Of a stretch of 32,000 nt of DNA, positions 25,142 through 32,000 are shown in pieces. The stretch is from positions 10,169 through 42,168 of the forward strand of contig JAZNHR010000024.1 of the NCBI GenBank assembly GCA_045577075.1, written 5' to 3'. The translations under genes were made by a program, and so were the position numbers. The DNA is from Clostridia bacterium. GTDB taxonomy: Bacteria > Bacillota > Clostridia > UMGS1883 > UMGS1540. The notes beneath the pieces were generated by a model. It had not been told where the DNA came from and did not search any database. It saw only the letters and a program-made list of their open reading frames with translations. How positions within the stretch are numbered: the stretch's first letter is position 1; the number at the start of each line of letters is the position of its first letter.

Positions 25142-25214
25142 TGATATAATCCCCTTAGAATAGTCTTGAAATGTTTTTGTTATTTCAAGTGTCTACTCTA
25201 AGGGGATTATATCA
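25142..25214. mobile_element. 73-bp palindromic mini-element made of the two IS3-type terminal inverted repeats (MITE-like / solo IR pair)
   Basis: 25170-25214 is the exact reverse complement of 4931-4975 (45/45). The left arm, 25142-25171, is the same IR in forward orientation with one substitution plus a small indel. It has TG...CA termini and no coding capacity. Confidence 0.8.
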
Positions 25215-25236
25215 CTTTATTTACATTCCCTTTTTG

Positions 25237-25608
25237 CTACTCGGAAAACCTGAATAGGTGTTCTTTAATTTTTTCAAACGCCTGGTCGCTGATATCATGC
25301 TCGATTTTGCAGCTGTCTTCATATGCCGTTTCCTCGTCCACGCCAAGGAGAATCAGCGCCTTTGCAATCACTTGATGCCGCTCATATACCCTTTGTGCAA
25401 TTTCCAGTCCCTTTTCTGTAAGGGTAATACCGCCGTCCTCTTCCATCACAATATATCCTTCTGTACGGAAGTGCTTCATGGCAACAGACACGCTGGGTTT
25501 TGAAAAATGCAGTTCGTTAGCAATGTCAATGCTGCGAACGTATCCTTTTTTCGTTTTGAGCATAAAAATGGTTTCCAGATAATTTTCAGCGGATTCTTTA
25601 ATTTGCAT
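25237..25608 (-). CDS. DtxR/MntR-family metal-dependent transcriptional regulator (no SH3-like domain)
   Basis: N-terminal SAENYLETIFML and winged-helix YVRSIDIANELHFSKPSVSVAMKHF, then the dimerisation/metal-site region HQVIAKAL...CKIEHDIS. ATG 25608 is preceded by AAGGAGAAGG. Confidence 0.88.
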   Translation of the reverse strand: MQIKESAENYLETIFMLKTKKGYVRSIDIANELHFSKPSVSVAMKHFRTEGYIVMEEDGGITLTEKGLEIAQRVYERHQVIAKALILLGVDEETAYEDSCKIEHDISDQAFEKIKEHLFRFSE

Positions 25609-25637
25609 TTCCTTCTCCTTTCGTGCCTTGTAAAAGT

Positions 25638-25666
25638 ATTATACTACACGAATAGCGGAAAGTCAA
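25638..25666 (-). promoter_or_regulatory. Sigma-A-type promoter for the DtxR-family regulator gene
   Basis: On the minus strand: TTGACT (25666-25661), 17 nt, TATAAT (25643-25638), immediately after the copA stop codon. Confidence 0.55.
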
Positions 25667-25670
25667 GCAT

Positions 25671-28145
25671 TTACATATCAGTAACGGTGTACCCCTGCGC
25701 CTCGACGGCTGCCTTTAAAACAGCATCCTCTACTGCATGGGAGAGGGTTACGATGGCAGTTCCCGTTTCATGGCTACAAACTGCGCCTTCGACGCCGTTA
25801 ATTGCCTCTAACGTCTGTTTAACTCTGCCTTCGCAGTGTGGGCACATCATGCCTTCAATTTTCATTACTTTTTCCATTTGTTTCGTCTCCTTTTTCTTTT
25901 TAAATTTATCGCCCTGTGTGCTGTGGATTTTTAAGAAATTCAGCCGCAAGGCGTTTGCTACAACACAGAAGCTCGAAAGGCTCATGGCCGCTGCCCCAAA
26001 CATCGGGTGGAGCTGAAGCCCCAGTAGCGGCAAAAACGCACCTGCCGCCAAGGGAATCCCGAGGGTGTTATAGAGAAACGCCCAAAAGAGATTTTCGTGG
26101 ATATTCCGTAGGGTGCCGCGCCCGAGGCGAATGGCCGCCACCGCATCGGAAAGGCGGCTTTTCGTAAGCACCGCGTCGGCAGCGTCAATGGCTACATCCG
26201 TGCCGGCACCGATGGCAATGCCGAGGTCTGCGCGGGTTAGTGCCGGGGCGTCGTTTATGCCGTCGCCCACCATTGCCGTTTTGCCTCTTAAAAGAAGGGA
26301 ACGAATTTTTTCTTCCTTCTCGTCCGGCTTGACCCCTGCAAAAATTTCGTCTATACCCACTGCGCGACCAATGGCGGCGGCAGTCTTTTCATTGTCACCC
26401 GTCAGCATCACGGTGCGAATGCCCATCCGCTTGAAAGCCGCAATGGCATCACGGCTATCCGGCTTTACGGCGTCCTGCACCGCAATAATGCCGAGTGGTT
26501 TTTCTGTCCCTGCAAAAAACAGGGGCGTTTTTCCTTCCTCCGCAAGGGATTCAGCCGTCTTTTGCAGAGAGGAGGGGATTTCGGCATATTGGGATATAAA
26601 ACGAAGGCTGCCGCCAAAAACGGCTTTGCCGCCAAAGCGTGCCGAAACGCCGCCGCCGGGGGCAACGGTAAAGTCCTCGCTTTCGGGGCGGGGGAGTGCC
26701 CTTTCGCTTGCCGCCGTGGTAATGGCACGGGCTAAGGGGTGCTCGCTTTTAGCTTCCAGCCCATAGGCGAGAGACAGAAGTTCGTCCGCACTTATCCCGT
26801 CCGCAGGGATAAGGTCCGTCACCACAGGGGTGCCGCTCGTAATCGTACCCGTTTTATCAAGGGCCACGATTTCGATTCTGCCTGCCATTTCCAGCGCCGC
26901 CGCCGTTTTAAATAAAATGCCGTTTTTGGCACCAAGACCGCTACCCACCATAATTGCCACAGGCGTTGCAAGCCCGAGGGCGCAGGGACAGCTGATGACG
27001 AGTACGGAAATCGCTTTCGTCAAAGCAAATCCGATGTTTCGCCCCAAAAGGAGCCAAATGATGGCGGTAATCAGACTTATCGTCATCACAACCGGTACAA
27101 AAACGCCGGAAACCTTGTCAGCCGCTTTGGCGATGGGGGCTTTCGTGGCAGAAGCGTCAGAAACCATTTTAATAATTTGCGCAAGCGTTGTGTCCTCTCC
27201 AACACCTGTTGCCCGGCACTTTAAAAAGCCGGTGGAAAGGACAGTGCCGGCGGAAACGCTGTCCCCTACAGTCTTTTCCACCGGAATGCTTTCGCCTGTG
27301 AGTGCCGCCTCGTCTGCCGCACCGTGACCTTCCAAAACCACGCCGTCCGCACCGATGCCGCTACCGCTTTTAAGAATAAAAATGTCTCCTTTTATAATAG
27401 AAGAAACCGGCACTTCCACTTCCTTGCCGTCTTTTAAAACGAGGGCAGTTTTCGGGGAGAGCGCCATAAGACTACGAAGGGCATTTGTAGTTTTTCCCTT
27501 TGCCCGGGCTTCTAACAGCTTTCCCACGGTAATCAGCACTAGTATCATGGCGGCAGATTCAAAATATAAGCCGTGGAGTAGTGCCATGGGCGTTTCGCTG
27601 TTTGTCATGGCAAATAAGAGCCATACGCTATATAAAAAGGAAGCACCGCTGCCAAGAGAAACGAGGGTATCCATGTTGGGCGCACGGTGCATGAGCCCTA
27701 GGGTGCCGCTTATAAAAAACTTCTGGTTTATAACGAGCACAATGGCGGAAAGGAGCATTTGCAAAAGCCCTACTGCCACAGGATTTTCGAAGAAAAACGG
27801 GGGCAGGGGCAGAGAAAGCATATTGTGCCCCATGGAAACGTACATCAGGAGCAGTAAAAAGGCGAGAGAGGAAAACAGCCGCCTCTTTATCGTGGAAATT
27901 TCCTTGTCGGGCGTATCTTTTTCGGCAGGCTTTTCGGCACTTTCTTTGCCTATCGGTGCCGCGCCGTAGCCGGCTTTTTCCACTGCCGCAATGATTTCCG
28001 CATCCGTGGCGGTGCCGTCTACCTGCATGGTATTTGTTAAAAGATTTACAGTGCATGCAGAAACGCCGGCAAGACCCGACACGGCCTTTTCCACTCTCGC
28101 ACTGCACGCCGCACAGCTCATGCCGGTGATTTTATAGGTTTGCAT
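25671..28145 (-). CDS. copA: Copper-translocating P1B-type ATPase CopA with N-terminal and additional C-terminal HMA domains
   Basis: N-terminal HMA GMSCAACSARVE. TM CPC motif (VISCPCALGLATP), DKTGT and GDGINDAPAL. The last 68 aa form a second HMA domain (MMCPHCEGRVKQ). ATG 28145 is preceded by AAGGAGGG. Confidence 0.95.
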   Translation of the reverse strand: MQTYKITGMSCAACSARVEKAVSGLAGVSACTVNLLTNTMQVDGTATDAEIIAAVEKAGYGAAPIGKESAEKPAEKDTPDKEISTIKRRLFSSLAFLLLLMYVSMGHNMLSLPLPPFFFENPVAVGLLQMLLSAIVLVINQKFFISGTLGLMHRAPNMDTLVSLGSGASFLYSVWLLFAMTNSETPMALLHGLYFESAAMILVLITVGKLLEARAKGKTTNALRSLMALSPKTALVLKDGKEVEVPVSSIIKGDIFILKSGSGIGADGVVLEGHGAADEAALTGESIPVEKTVGDSVSAGTVLSTGFLKCRATGVGEDTTLAQIIKMVSDASATKAPIAKAADKVSGVFVPVVMTISLITAIIWLLLGRNIGFALTKAISVLVISCPCALGLATPVAIMVGSGLGAKNGILFKTAAALEMAGRIEIVALDKTGTITSGTPVVTDLIPADGISADELLSLAYGLEAKSEHPLARAITTAASERALPRPESEDFTVAPGGGVSARFGGKAVFGGSLRFISQYAEIPSSLQKTAESLAEEGKTPLFFAGTEKPLGIIAVQDAVKPDSRDAIAAFKRMGIRTVMLTGDNEKTAAAIGRAVGIDEIFAGVKPDEKEEKIRSLLLRGKTAMVGDGINDAPALTRADLGIAIGAGTDVAIDAADAVLTKSRLSDAVAAIRLGRGTLRNIHENLFWAFLYNTLGIPLAAGAFLPLLGLQLHPMFGAAAMSLSSFCVVANALRLNFLKIHSTQGDKFKKKKETKQMEKVMKIEGMMCPHCEGRVKQTLEAINGVEGAVCSHETGTAIVTLSHAVEDAVLKAAVEAQGYTVTDM

Positions 28146-28156
28146 GGTGTCCCTCC

Positions 28157-28453
28157 TTACTTCATCATTTTTTGGAGAAGCAGTAAAAGCGCATCTACTG
28201 TTTCCATATTCCCGTTTTGAATATCCTCGGTTACACAGGAACGGATATGGCTCCCCAAAAGCTCTCGGCTAAAGGCGGAAAGGGCGGAAGAGGCGGCGGA
28301 GACCTGCACCAAAATGTCCGGGCAGTATGCGTCCTCCTCTACCATAGCGCGAAGTCCCCGAATCTGTCCTTCAATTCTGGAGAGCCGGTTTACAAGACTT
28401 TTTTTCTCCGCATCACATCGTATTTTTTTCTTCGTGCAACAACAGTTTTCCAT
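28157..28453 (-). CDS. csoR: CsoR-family copper-sensing transcriptional repressor
   Basis: DUF156 pattern LVNRLSRIEGQIRGLRAMVEEDAYCPDILVQ...HIRSC, with the Cys-His-Cys ligand set. It lies directly upstream of copA and has a Cys-rich N-terminus (MENCCC). Confidence 0.9.
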   Translation of the reverse strand: MENCCCTKKKIRCDAEKKSLVNRLSRIEGQIRGLRAMVEEDAYCPDILVQVSAASSALSAFSRELLGSHIRSCVTEDIQNGNMETVDALLLLLQKMMK

Positions 28454-28480
28454 ATTGCATGTTCCTTTACGAGATTTTAT

Positions 28481-28497
28481 ATACCCCCAGGGGGTAT
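28481..28497. promoter_or_regulatory. CsoR operator candidate (GC-rich palindrome)
   Basis: ATACCCCCAGGGGGTAT is a perfect 8-1-8 palindrome placed just downstream of the csoR -10 box. It matches the known CsoR operator type TACCC-Nx-GGGTA. Confidence 0.7.
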
Positions 28498-28501
28498 TTT
28501 T

Positions 28502-28530
28502 ACTATATCCTATTTTGCCCCATTTGTCAA
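28502..28530 (-). promoter_or_regulatory. Sigma-A-type promoter of the csoR-copA operon
   Basis: On the minus strand: TTGACA (28530-28525), 17 nt, TATAGT (28507-28502). Confidence 0.6.
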
Positions 28531-28565
28531 GGCAAAATAATTTTTTTTATTTTTTCAAAAAAGTA

Positions 28566-28594
28566 TTGACAACCGGGGCGAGTTGTGGTAGACT
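28566..28594 (+). promoter_or_regulatory. Sigma-A-type promoter of feoA-feoB
   Basis: TTGACA (28566-28571), 17 nt, TAGACT (28589-28594), with TG at 28586-28587 as an extended -10. Confidence 0.6.
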
Positions 28595-28640
28595 AACTAA
28601 AGTTAGATAAAGCTAATCGCAAAGAAAGTGGGTGAGAGAA

Positions 28641-28853
28641 ATGACGCTACGCGAGGCGGAAGAAGGAAAAGAATACATCATCAAGCGCATTGAAACGGAC
28701 GACGAAGAGCTGAATGCCTTTCTGTTTTCCCTCGGCTGTTACAGCGGCGAACCGATTACGGTCATTTCTCATCTGAAGGGTGGCTGTGTTGTTGCGATTT
28801 TAGACGGCAGATATACGATTGATACCCAGCTTGCCGAAGCGATTACAGTGTAA
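28641..28853 (+). CDS. feoA: Ferrous iron transport protein FeoA
   Basis: FeoA SH3-like domain pattern (LREAEEGKEYIIKRI...LGCYSGEPITVIS...ILDGRYTIDTQLAEAITV). ATG 28641 is preferred; the GTG at 28632 is possible. Confidence 0.88.
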   Translation: MTLREAEEGKEYIIKRIETDDEELNAFLFSLGCYSGEPITVISHLKGGCVVAILDGRYTIDTQLAEAITV

Positions 28854-28884
28854 AAAATAATCATGGTCGAATGATTATTTTTTT
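28852..28884 (+). terminator. AT-rich hairpin plus T-run between feoA and feoB (possible partial terminator or attenuator)
   Basis: AAAAAATAATCAT (28852-28864) / ATGATTATTTTTT (28871-28883), loop GGTCGA. Confidence 0.4.
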
Positions 28885-28941
28885 GCCGAGAGGTTAGTCC
28901 AAACTAATTAAACGATACATATTCAAGGAGGAATTGCAAAG

Positions 28942-30951
28942 ATGAGAATTGCACTTGCAGGCAATCCAAACAGCGGTAAAACCACAATGTACAATGCGCT
29001 TACCGGCAGAAACGAAAAGGTCGGTAACTGGGCAGGCGTAACCGTGGAAAAGAAAACACACCCCATTAAAAAGGCGGTTTATGACGGGGGAGAAGACCTT
29101 GTGGCCGTTGACCTTCCCGGCGCGTATTCCATGTCTCCCTTCACAAGCGAAGAGAGTATTACAAGCGCATACGTAAGAGAAGAAAATCCGGATGCCATTA
29201 TTAACATCGTAGACGGCACAAACCTCGGCCGCAGTCTGTTCTTTACCACACAGCTTTTAGAGCTGGGTGTGCCGGTTGTAGTGGCGCTGAATAAGACGGA
29301 CATTAACGAAAAGAAGGAAACAAAAATCAACATCGCAGCTCTGTCGGAAAAACTAGGCTGTCCCGTTTTTGAAACGGTTTCCACAAGCGGGAAAGGCATT
29401 CGTGAAGTGGTAGAAGCTGCCGTCTCTCTTTGCGGCAAGGGACAAAAAGCCCCCTTTATGCAAGGTGACATTGATCTTACCAGCAAAAAGGCTGTGGAAG
29501 AAGCGGACAGAAATCGATTTGCGTTTGTCAATCAAATCGTTTCCCAGGTTGAAACCCGTAAGGTGCTTACAAAGAAAAAGAATTCCCAGGATAAAATTGA
29601 TGCGGTGCTGACCAATAAGTGGCTCGGTATTCCGATTTTTGCCGCCATTATGTTCCTGGTGTTTCAGATTTCCCAAGCCTGGCTCGGCCCCTTTATTGCC
29701 GATTCCCTCGTGGCAGTTCTCGAAACCTTCCAAAGCTACGTAGGCAGTTTCTTCGAGGAAGCAAATCCCCTCCTGACCGCACTTCTTATTGACGGCATCT
29801 TAGGCGGCGTGATTGCTGTGATCGGCTTTTTACCCCTTGTTATGGTGATGTATTTTCTCATTGCCCTTTTGGAAGATTGCGGCTATATGGCAAGGGTTTC
29901 CGTTGTGCTTGACCCTATTTTCAAAAAGGTTGGCCTTTCCGGTAAATCCGTCATTCCCTTTGTAATCGGTACGGGCTGTGCCATTCCCGGGATTATGGCG
30001 TGCCGCACAATCCGCTCGGAGCGGGAAAGAAGAAGCACGGCGTTGCTTACGCCCTTTATGCCCTGCGGCGCAAAGCTTCCTGTTATTGCCCTTTTTGCAG
30101 GTGCGTTCTTTGAAGACGCCGCTTATGTTGGAACGCTGATGTATTTTGTAGGCATTCTGCTTATTTTCCTTTGTGCCCTTTTAATCAATAAGATTACCGG
30201 CTATAAGGCAAGAAAATCCTTCTTTATTATTGAACTGCCCGAATACAAGGCACCGAGCTTTGGCCGTGCATTCAAATCCATGTGCAGCCGTGGCCAGAGC
30301 TATATCGTAAAGGCGGCTACAATTATTCTTCTTTGTAATACCGCCGTGCAGATTATGCAGACCTTTGACTGGAGTTTTGCTGTGGCAGAAAGCGCAGACA
30401 GTTCTATCCTTGCATCGGTCGCAGGCCCCTTCTCGTATCTCCTGATTCCCATTGTGGGCGTTTTATCCTGGCAATTGGCGGCTGCTGCCATTACCGGATT
30501 TATTGCAAAGGAGAACGTTGTAGGTACACTTGCGGTTTGCTTTGCAGGTCTTGAAAATCTGATTGATACCGAGGAACTTGCCCTTATGGAAGGCGCAGGG
30601 GCAGAGGTGGCCACCGTGTTTGCCATTACAAAGGTAGCGGCCCTTGCGTATCTCATGTTTAACCTCTTCACACCGCCCTGCTTTGCGGCGATTGGTGCTA
30701 TGAACTCGGAAATGAAGAGTGCAAAATGGCTCTGGGGCGGAATCGCACTCCAGATGGGTGTGGGCTTTACAGTCGGTTTCCTCGTATACCAGATTGGTAC
30801 GCTTATCACAACCGGTACTTTAGGCGCAGGCTTTATCCCCGGTCTTATCGCAGTTGCTACCATGGCAACAATTGTCATCGCTTTGTGTGCACGGTCGGGG
30901 CAAAAACTGAAGGCAGACTATGATCTTCGGAATTGTTCCGCAACACTGTAA
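28942..30951 (+). CDS. feoB: Ferrous iron transporter FeoB
   Basis: N-terminal G-domain (GNPNSGKTTMYNALTG, DLPG, NKTD) followed by a polytopic membrane domain. ATG 28942 is preceded by AAGGAGG. Confidence 0.96.
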   Translation: MRIALAGNPNSGKTTMYNALTGRNEKVGNWAGVTVEKKTHPIKKAVYDGGEDLVAVDLPGAYSMSPFTSEESITSAYVREENPDAIINIVDGTNLGRSLFFTTQLLELGVPVVVALNKTDINEKKETKINIAALSEKLGCPVFETVSTSGKGIREVVEAAVSLCGKGQKAPFMQGDIDLTSKKAVEEADRNRFAFVNQIVSQVETRKVLTKKKNSQDKIDAVLTNKWLGIPIFAAIMFLVFQISQAWLGPFIADSLVAVLETFQSYVGSFFEEANPLLTALLIDGILGGVIAVIGFLPLVMVMYFLIALLEDCGYMARVSVVLDPIFKKVGLSGKSVIPFVIGTGCAIPGIMACRTIRSERERRSTALLTPFMPCGAKLPVIALFAGAFFEDAAYVGTLMYFVGILLIFLCALLINKITGYKARKSFFIIELPEYKAPSFGRAFKSMCSRGQSYIVKAATIILLCNTAVQIMQTFDWSFAVAESADSSILASVAGPFSYLLIPIVGVLSWQLAAAAITGFIAKENVVGTLAVCFAGLENLIDTEELALMEGAGAEVATVFAITKVAALAYLMFNLFTPPCFAAIGAMNSEMKSAKWLWGGIALQMGVGFTVGFLVYQIGTLITTGTLGAGFIPGLIAVATMATIVIALCARSGQKLKADYDLRNCSATL

Positions 30952-30964
30952 AAGGAGGAACTTT

Positions 30965-31114
30965 ATGGCAGATTATATTATCATTGCAGTTTTGCTTATT
31001 ATTGTAGGACTTGCCGGTTATTCTATTTATCGCGCAAAGAAAAGCGGCAAAAAATGCATTGGTTGCCCGGATAGTGGCACTTGCCAAGGAAAATGCTGCG
31101 GCCCAGATAAATAG
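30965..31114 (+). CDS. FeoB-associated Cys-rich small membrane protein
   Basis: 49 aa with one TM (YIIIAVLLIIVGLAGYSIY) followed by KKCIGCPDSGTCQGKCCG. ATG 30965 is preceded by AGGAGG, directly after feoB. The ORF-track start at 30920 overlaps feoB. Confidence 0.8.
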   Translation: MADYIIIAVLLIIVGLAGYSIYRAKKSGKKCIGCPDSGTCQGKCCGPDK

Positions 31115-31123
31115 ACTTTATAC

Positions 31124-31156
31124 GCGGTGCGCAAAATGCGTACCGCTTTTCCTTTT
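31124..31156 (+). terminator. Rho-independent terminator of the feo operon
   Basis: 10-bp stem GCGGTGCGCA (31124-31133) / TGCGTACCGC (31137-31146) with one G-U pair, then TTTTCCTTTT. Confidence 0.7.
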
Positions 31157-31175
31157 ATAAAATATTGAAAATTCG

Positions 31176-31204
31176 TTTACAGAAAAAATGGAATGTGCTA
31201 TAAT
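31176..31204 (+). promoter_or_regulatory. Sigma-A-type promoter for the lipoprotein gene
   Basis: TTTACA (31176-31181), 17 nt, TATAAT (31199-31204), with TG at 31196-31197 as an extended -10. Confidence 0.55.
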
Positions 31205-31234
31205 GAAAGTATCGATTTTTTTGGAGGGAGTTTC

Positions 31235-31900
31235 ATGAAAAAAGTACTTTATTTCGGTCTTGTGCTTTGCACATTGTGTTTATCTGCCTGTGGCATAGGT
31301 GGGGAGAAGGGCGAAAATCAGCCGACGACAGCGACAGAGACGCCCGTGGCAACTGCCACCCCTGCACCTTCGGTGTCCCTTCCCATAGAGGGGGAAATGC
31401 GTCTTACGTTTCAAAGGGATATGGGAAACAGTTATACCGATTTAATCATTCACCCGGACGGCACCTTCCGCGGTATTTTCTTTAACGAAAATGCGGGGGA
31501 AAGCGGCGTGGCGGCAGAAGGCACGGAATTTGCGGGATGGGAATATGAGGGGACAGAATACCTTTGTATTTTTTCCGGTACGTTTAAAAACATCGAAAAG
31601 AAAAACGAATATACCTACGCCTTGGAGCTGGCAGACCTTGAAACAGAAGAGCCGGCAGGCAAGGAGTGGATTGATGACGGGCAATTTGCAGTGCGGTATG
31701 TTGCGGTCGCACCGCCGGGCATGGAAAATGGGGATACCCTTCTGCTTTATACGCCCAAGGCCCCTATCAAGGAACTTCCTGAAAGCTTTTTGTATTCCTG
31801 GCCCGGCAAAGAGAACGAGACCATGAAAACCGAAGGCGTTCTCGGCATGTACGGCGTGTATAACGAAAAAACGGGACAGGGCTATTTCAAAGCAGAATAG
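31235..31900 (+). CDS. Putative lipoprotein of unknown function
   Basis: Signal peptide with a lipobox (MKKVLYFGLVLCTLCLSAC), followed by a Thr/Pro/Ala-rich linker. ATG 31235 is preceded by GGAGGGAG. I recognise no family. Confidence 0.7.
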   Translation: MKKVLYFGLVLCTLCLSACGIGGEKGENQPTTATETPVATATPAPSVSLPIEGEMRLTFQRDMGNSYTDLIIHPDGTFRGIFFNENAGESGVAAEGTEFAGWEYEGTEYLCIFSGTFKNIEKKNEYTYALELADLETEEPAGKEWIDDGQFAVRYVAVAPPGMENGDTLLLYTPKAPIKELPESFLYSWPGKENETMKTEGVLGMYGVYNEKTGQGYFKAE

Positions 31901-31913
31901 GGCGAGGATTTTT

Positions 31914-32000
31914 ATGAAACTGTACGGCTTACAAAAATTAACACTTTTAGACTTTCCGGGCCATACGGCTTGCACCGTGTTTACGGGCGGCTGTAATTTT
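31914..32000 (+). CDS. Radical-SAM activating enzyme, NrdG type (anaerobic ribonucleotide reductase activase family); N-terminal 29 codons only
   Basis: MKLYGLQKLTLLDFPGHTACTVFTGGCNF matches the characteristic N-terminus that leads into the CxxxCxxC cluster motif. The window end truncates it. Confidence 0.55.
   Translation, partial: MKLYGLQKLTLLDFPGHTACTVFTGGCNF

Noticed and set aside
26113-27969. Plus-strand ORFs of 165-217 aa (26113-26766, 26830-27327, 27355-27969) antisense to copA
   Set aside because: - They are Ala/Ser/Pro/Arg-rich shadow ORFs of a GC-rich gene.
- They have no start context or motifs.
- copA is clearly the real gene.
- The same reasoning applies to 7539-8240 (antisense murA), 13412-13843 (antisense murE), 5681-6514 (antisense ftsZ), 30300-30878 (antisense feoB), 31442-31975 (antisense lipoprotein gene) and 19058-19537.
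28531-28565. Fur box in the A/T-rich stretch (AAATAATTTTTTTTATTTTTT) upstream of feoA
   Set aside because: It is only low-complexity A/T sequence, with no 7-1-7 TGATAAT-N-ATTATCA symmetry.
1-32000. CRISPR arrays, rRNA/tRNA genes, and prophage or defence islands
   Set aside because: - Reading both strands shows no regularly spaced direct repeats.
- No rRNA- or tRNA-like conserved segments are present.
- No phage, restriction, toxin-antitoxin or other defence-type proteins appear among the ORFs.

Overview
This is a chromosomal window from a Gram-positive Bacillota genome, Clostridia-like and probably spore-forming. That inference rests on a CwlD-type amidase with a sigma-E-like promoter and a dcw cluster with a PASTA-bearing PBP. 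G+C is roughly one half by eye.

Layout, left to right:
- 3-1803: the origin-proximal jag-mnmE pair on the + strand.
- 1825-4886: a small accessory-looking block with a HAD-GtrA fusion, a cytoplasmic GH28-like glycosidase and a coiled-coil protein.
- 4931-5573: an AT-rich, decayed IS3-family element.
- 5623-18978: a complete dcw cell-wall/division operon on the - strand. Gene order is mraZ-rsmH-ftsL-pbp-murE-murF-mraY-ftsW-murG-murA-ftsQ-ftsZ, with its promoter and a phased MraZ-box array.
- 19257-25089: htrA, alaS, a HIT protein, an inserted four-helix-bundle ORF flanked by 48-nt direct repeats, cwlD and a YaaL-like gene.
- 25142-25214: a 73-bp palindromic mini-copy of the IS ends.
- 25237-31114: a metal-homeostasis cluster. 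It holds a DtxR-family regulator and csoR-copA (copA carries an extra C-terminal HMA domain), divergent from feoA-feoB and a Cys-rich feoB partner.
- 31235-32000: a lipoprotein and the start of an NrdG-type radical-SAM activase.

Most genes are ordinary core genes. I see no CRISPR array, rRNA or tRNA gene, or recognisable defence or toxin system, and no convincing novel multi-gene system.

The loci most worth follow-up are:
- the repeat-flanked four-helix-bundle cassette with its structured repeat;
- the inverted IS-end copies bracketing about 20 kb that includes the whole dcw cluster, which appears head-on to replication;
- the in-frame copA-copZ-like fusion that keeps an internal ribosome-binding site;
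- a GTTAG-N6-CTAAT motif found twice in the feo leader regions.

Several ORF-track start codons were moved. Two of them (2884 and 19182) are in fact the TTG of -35 hexamers.
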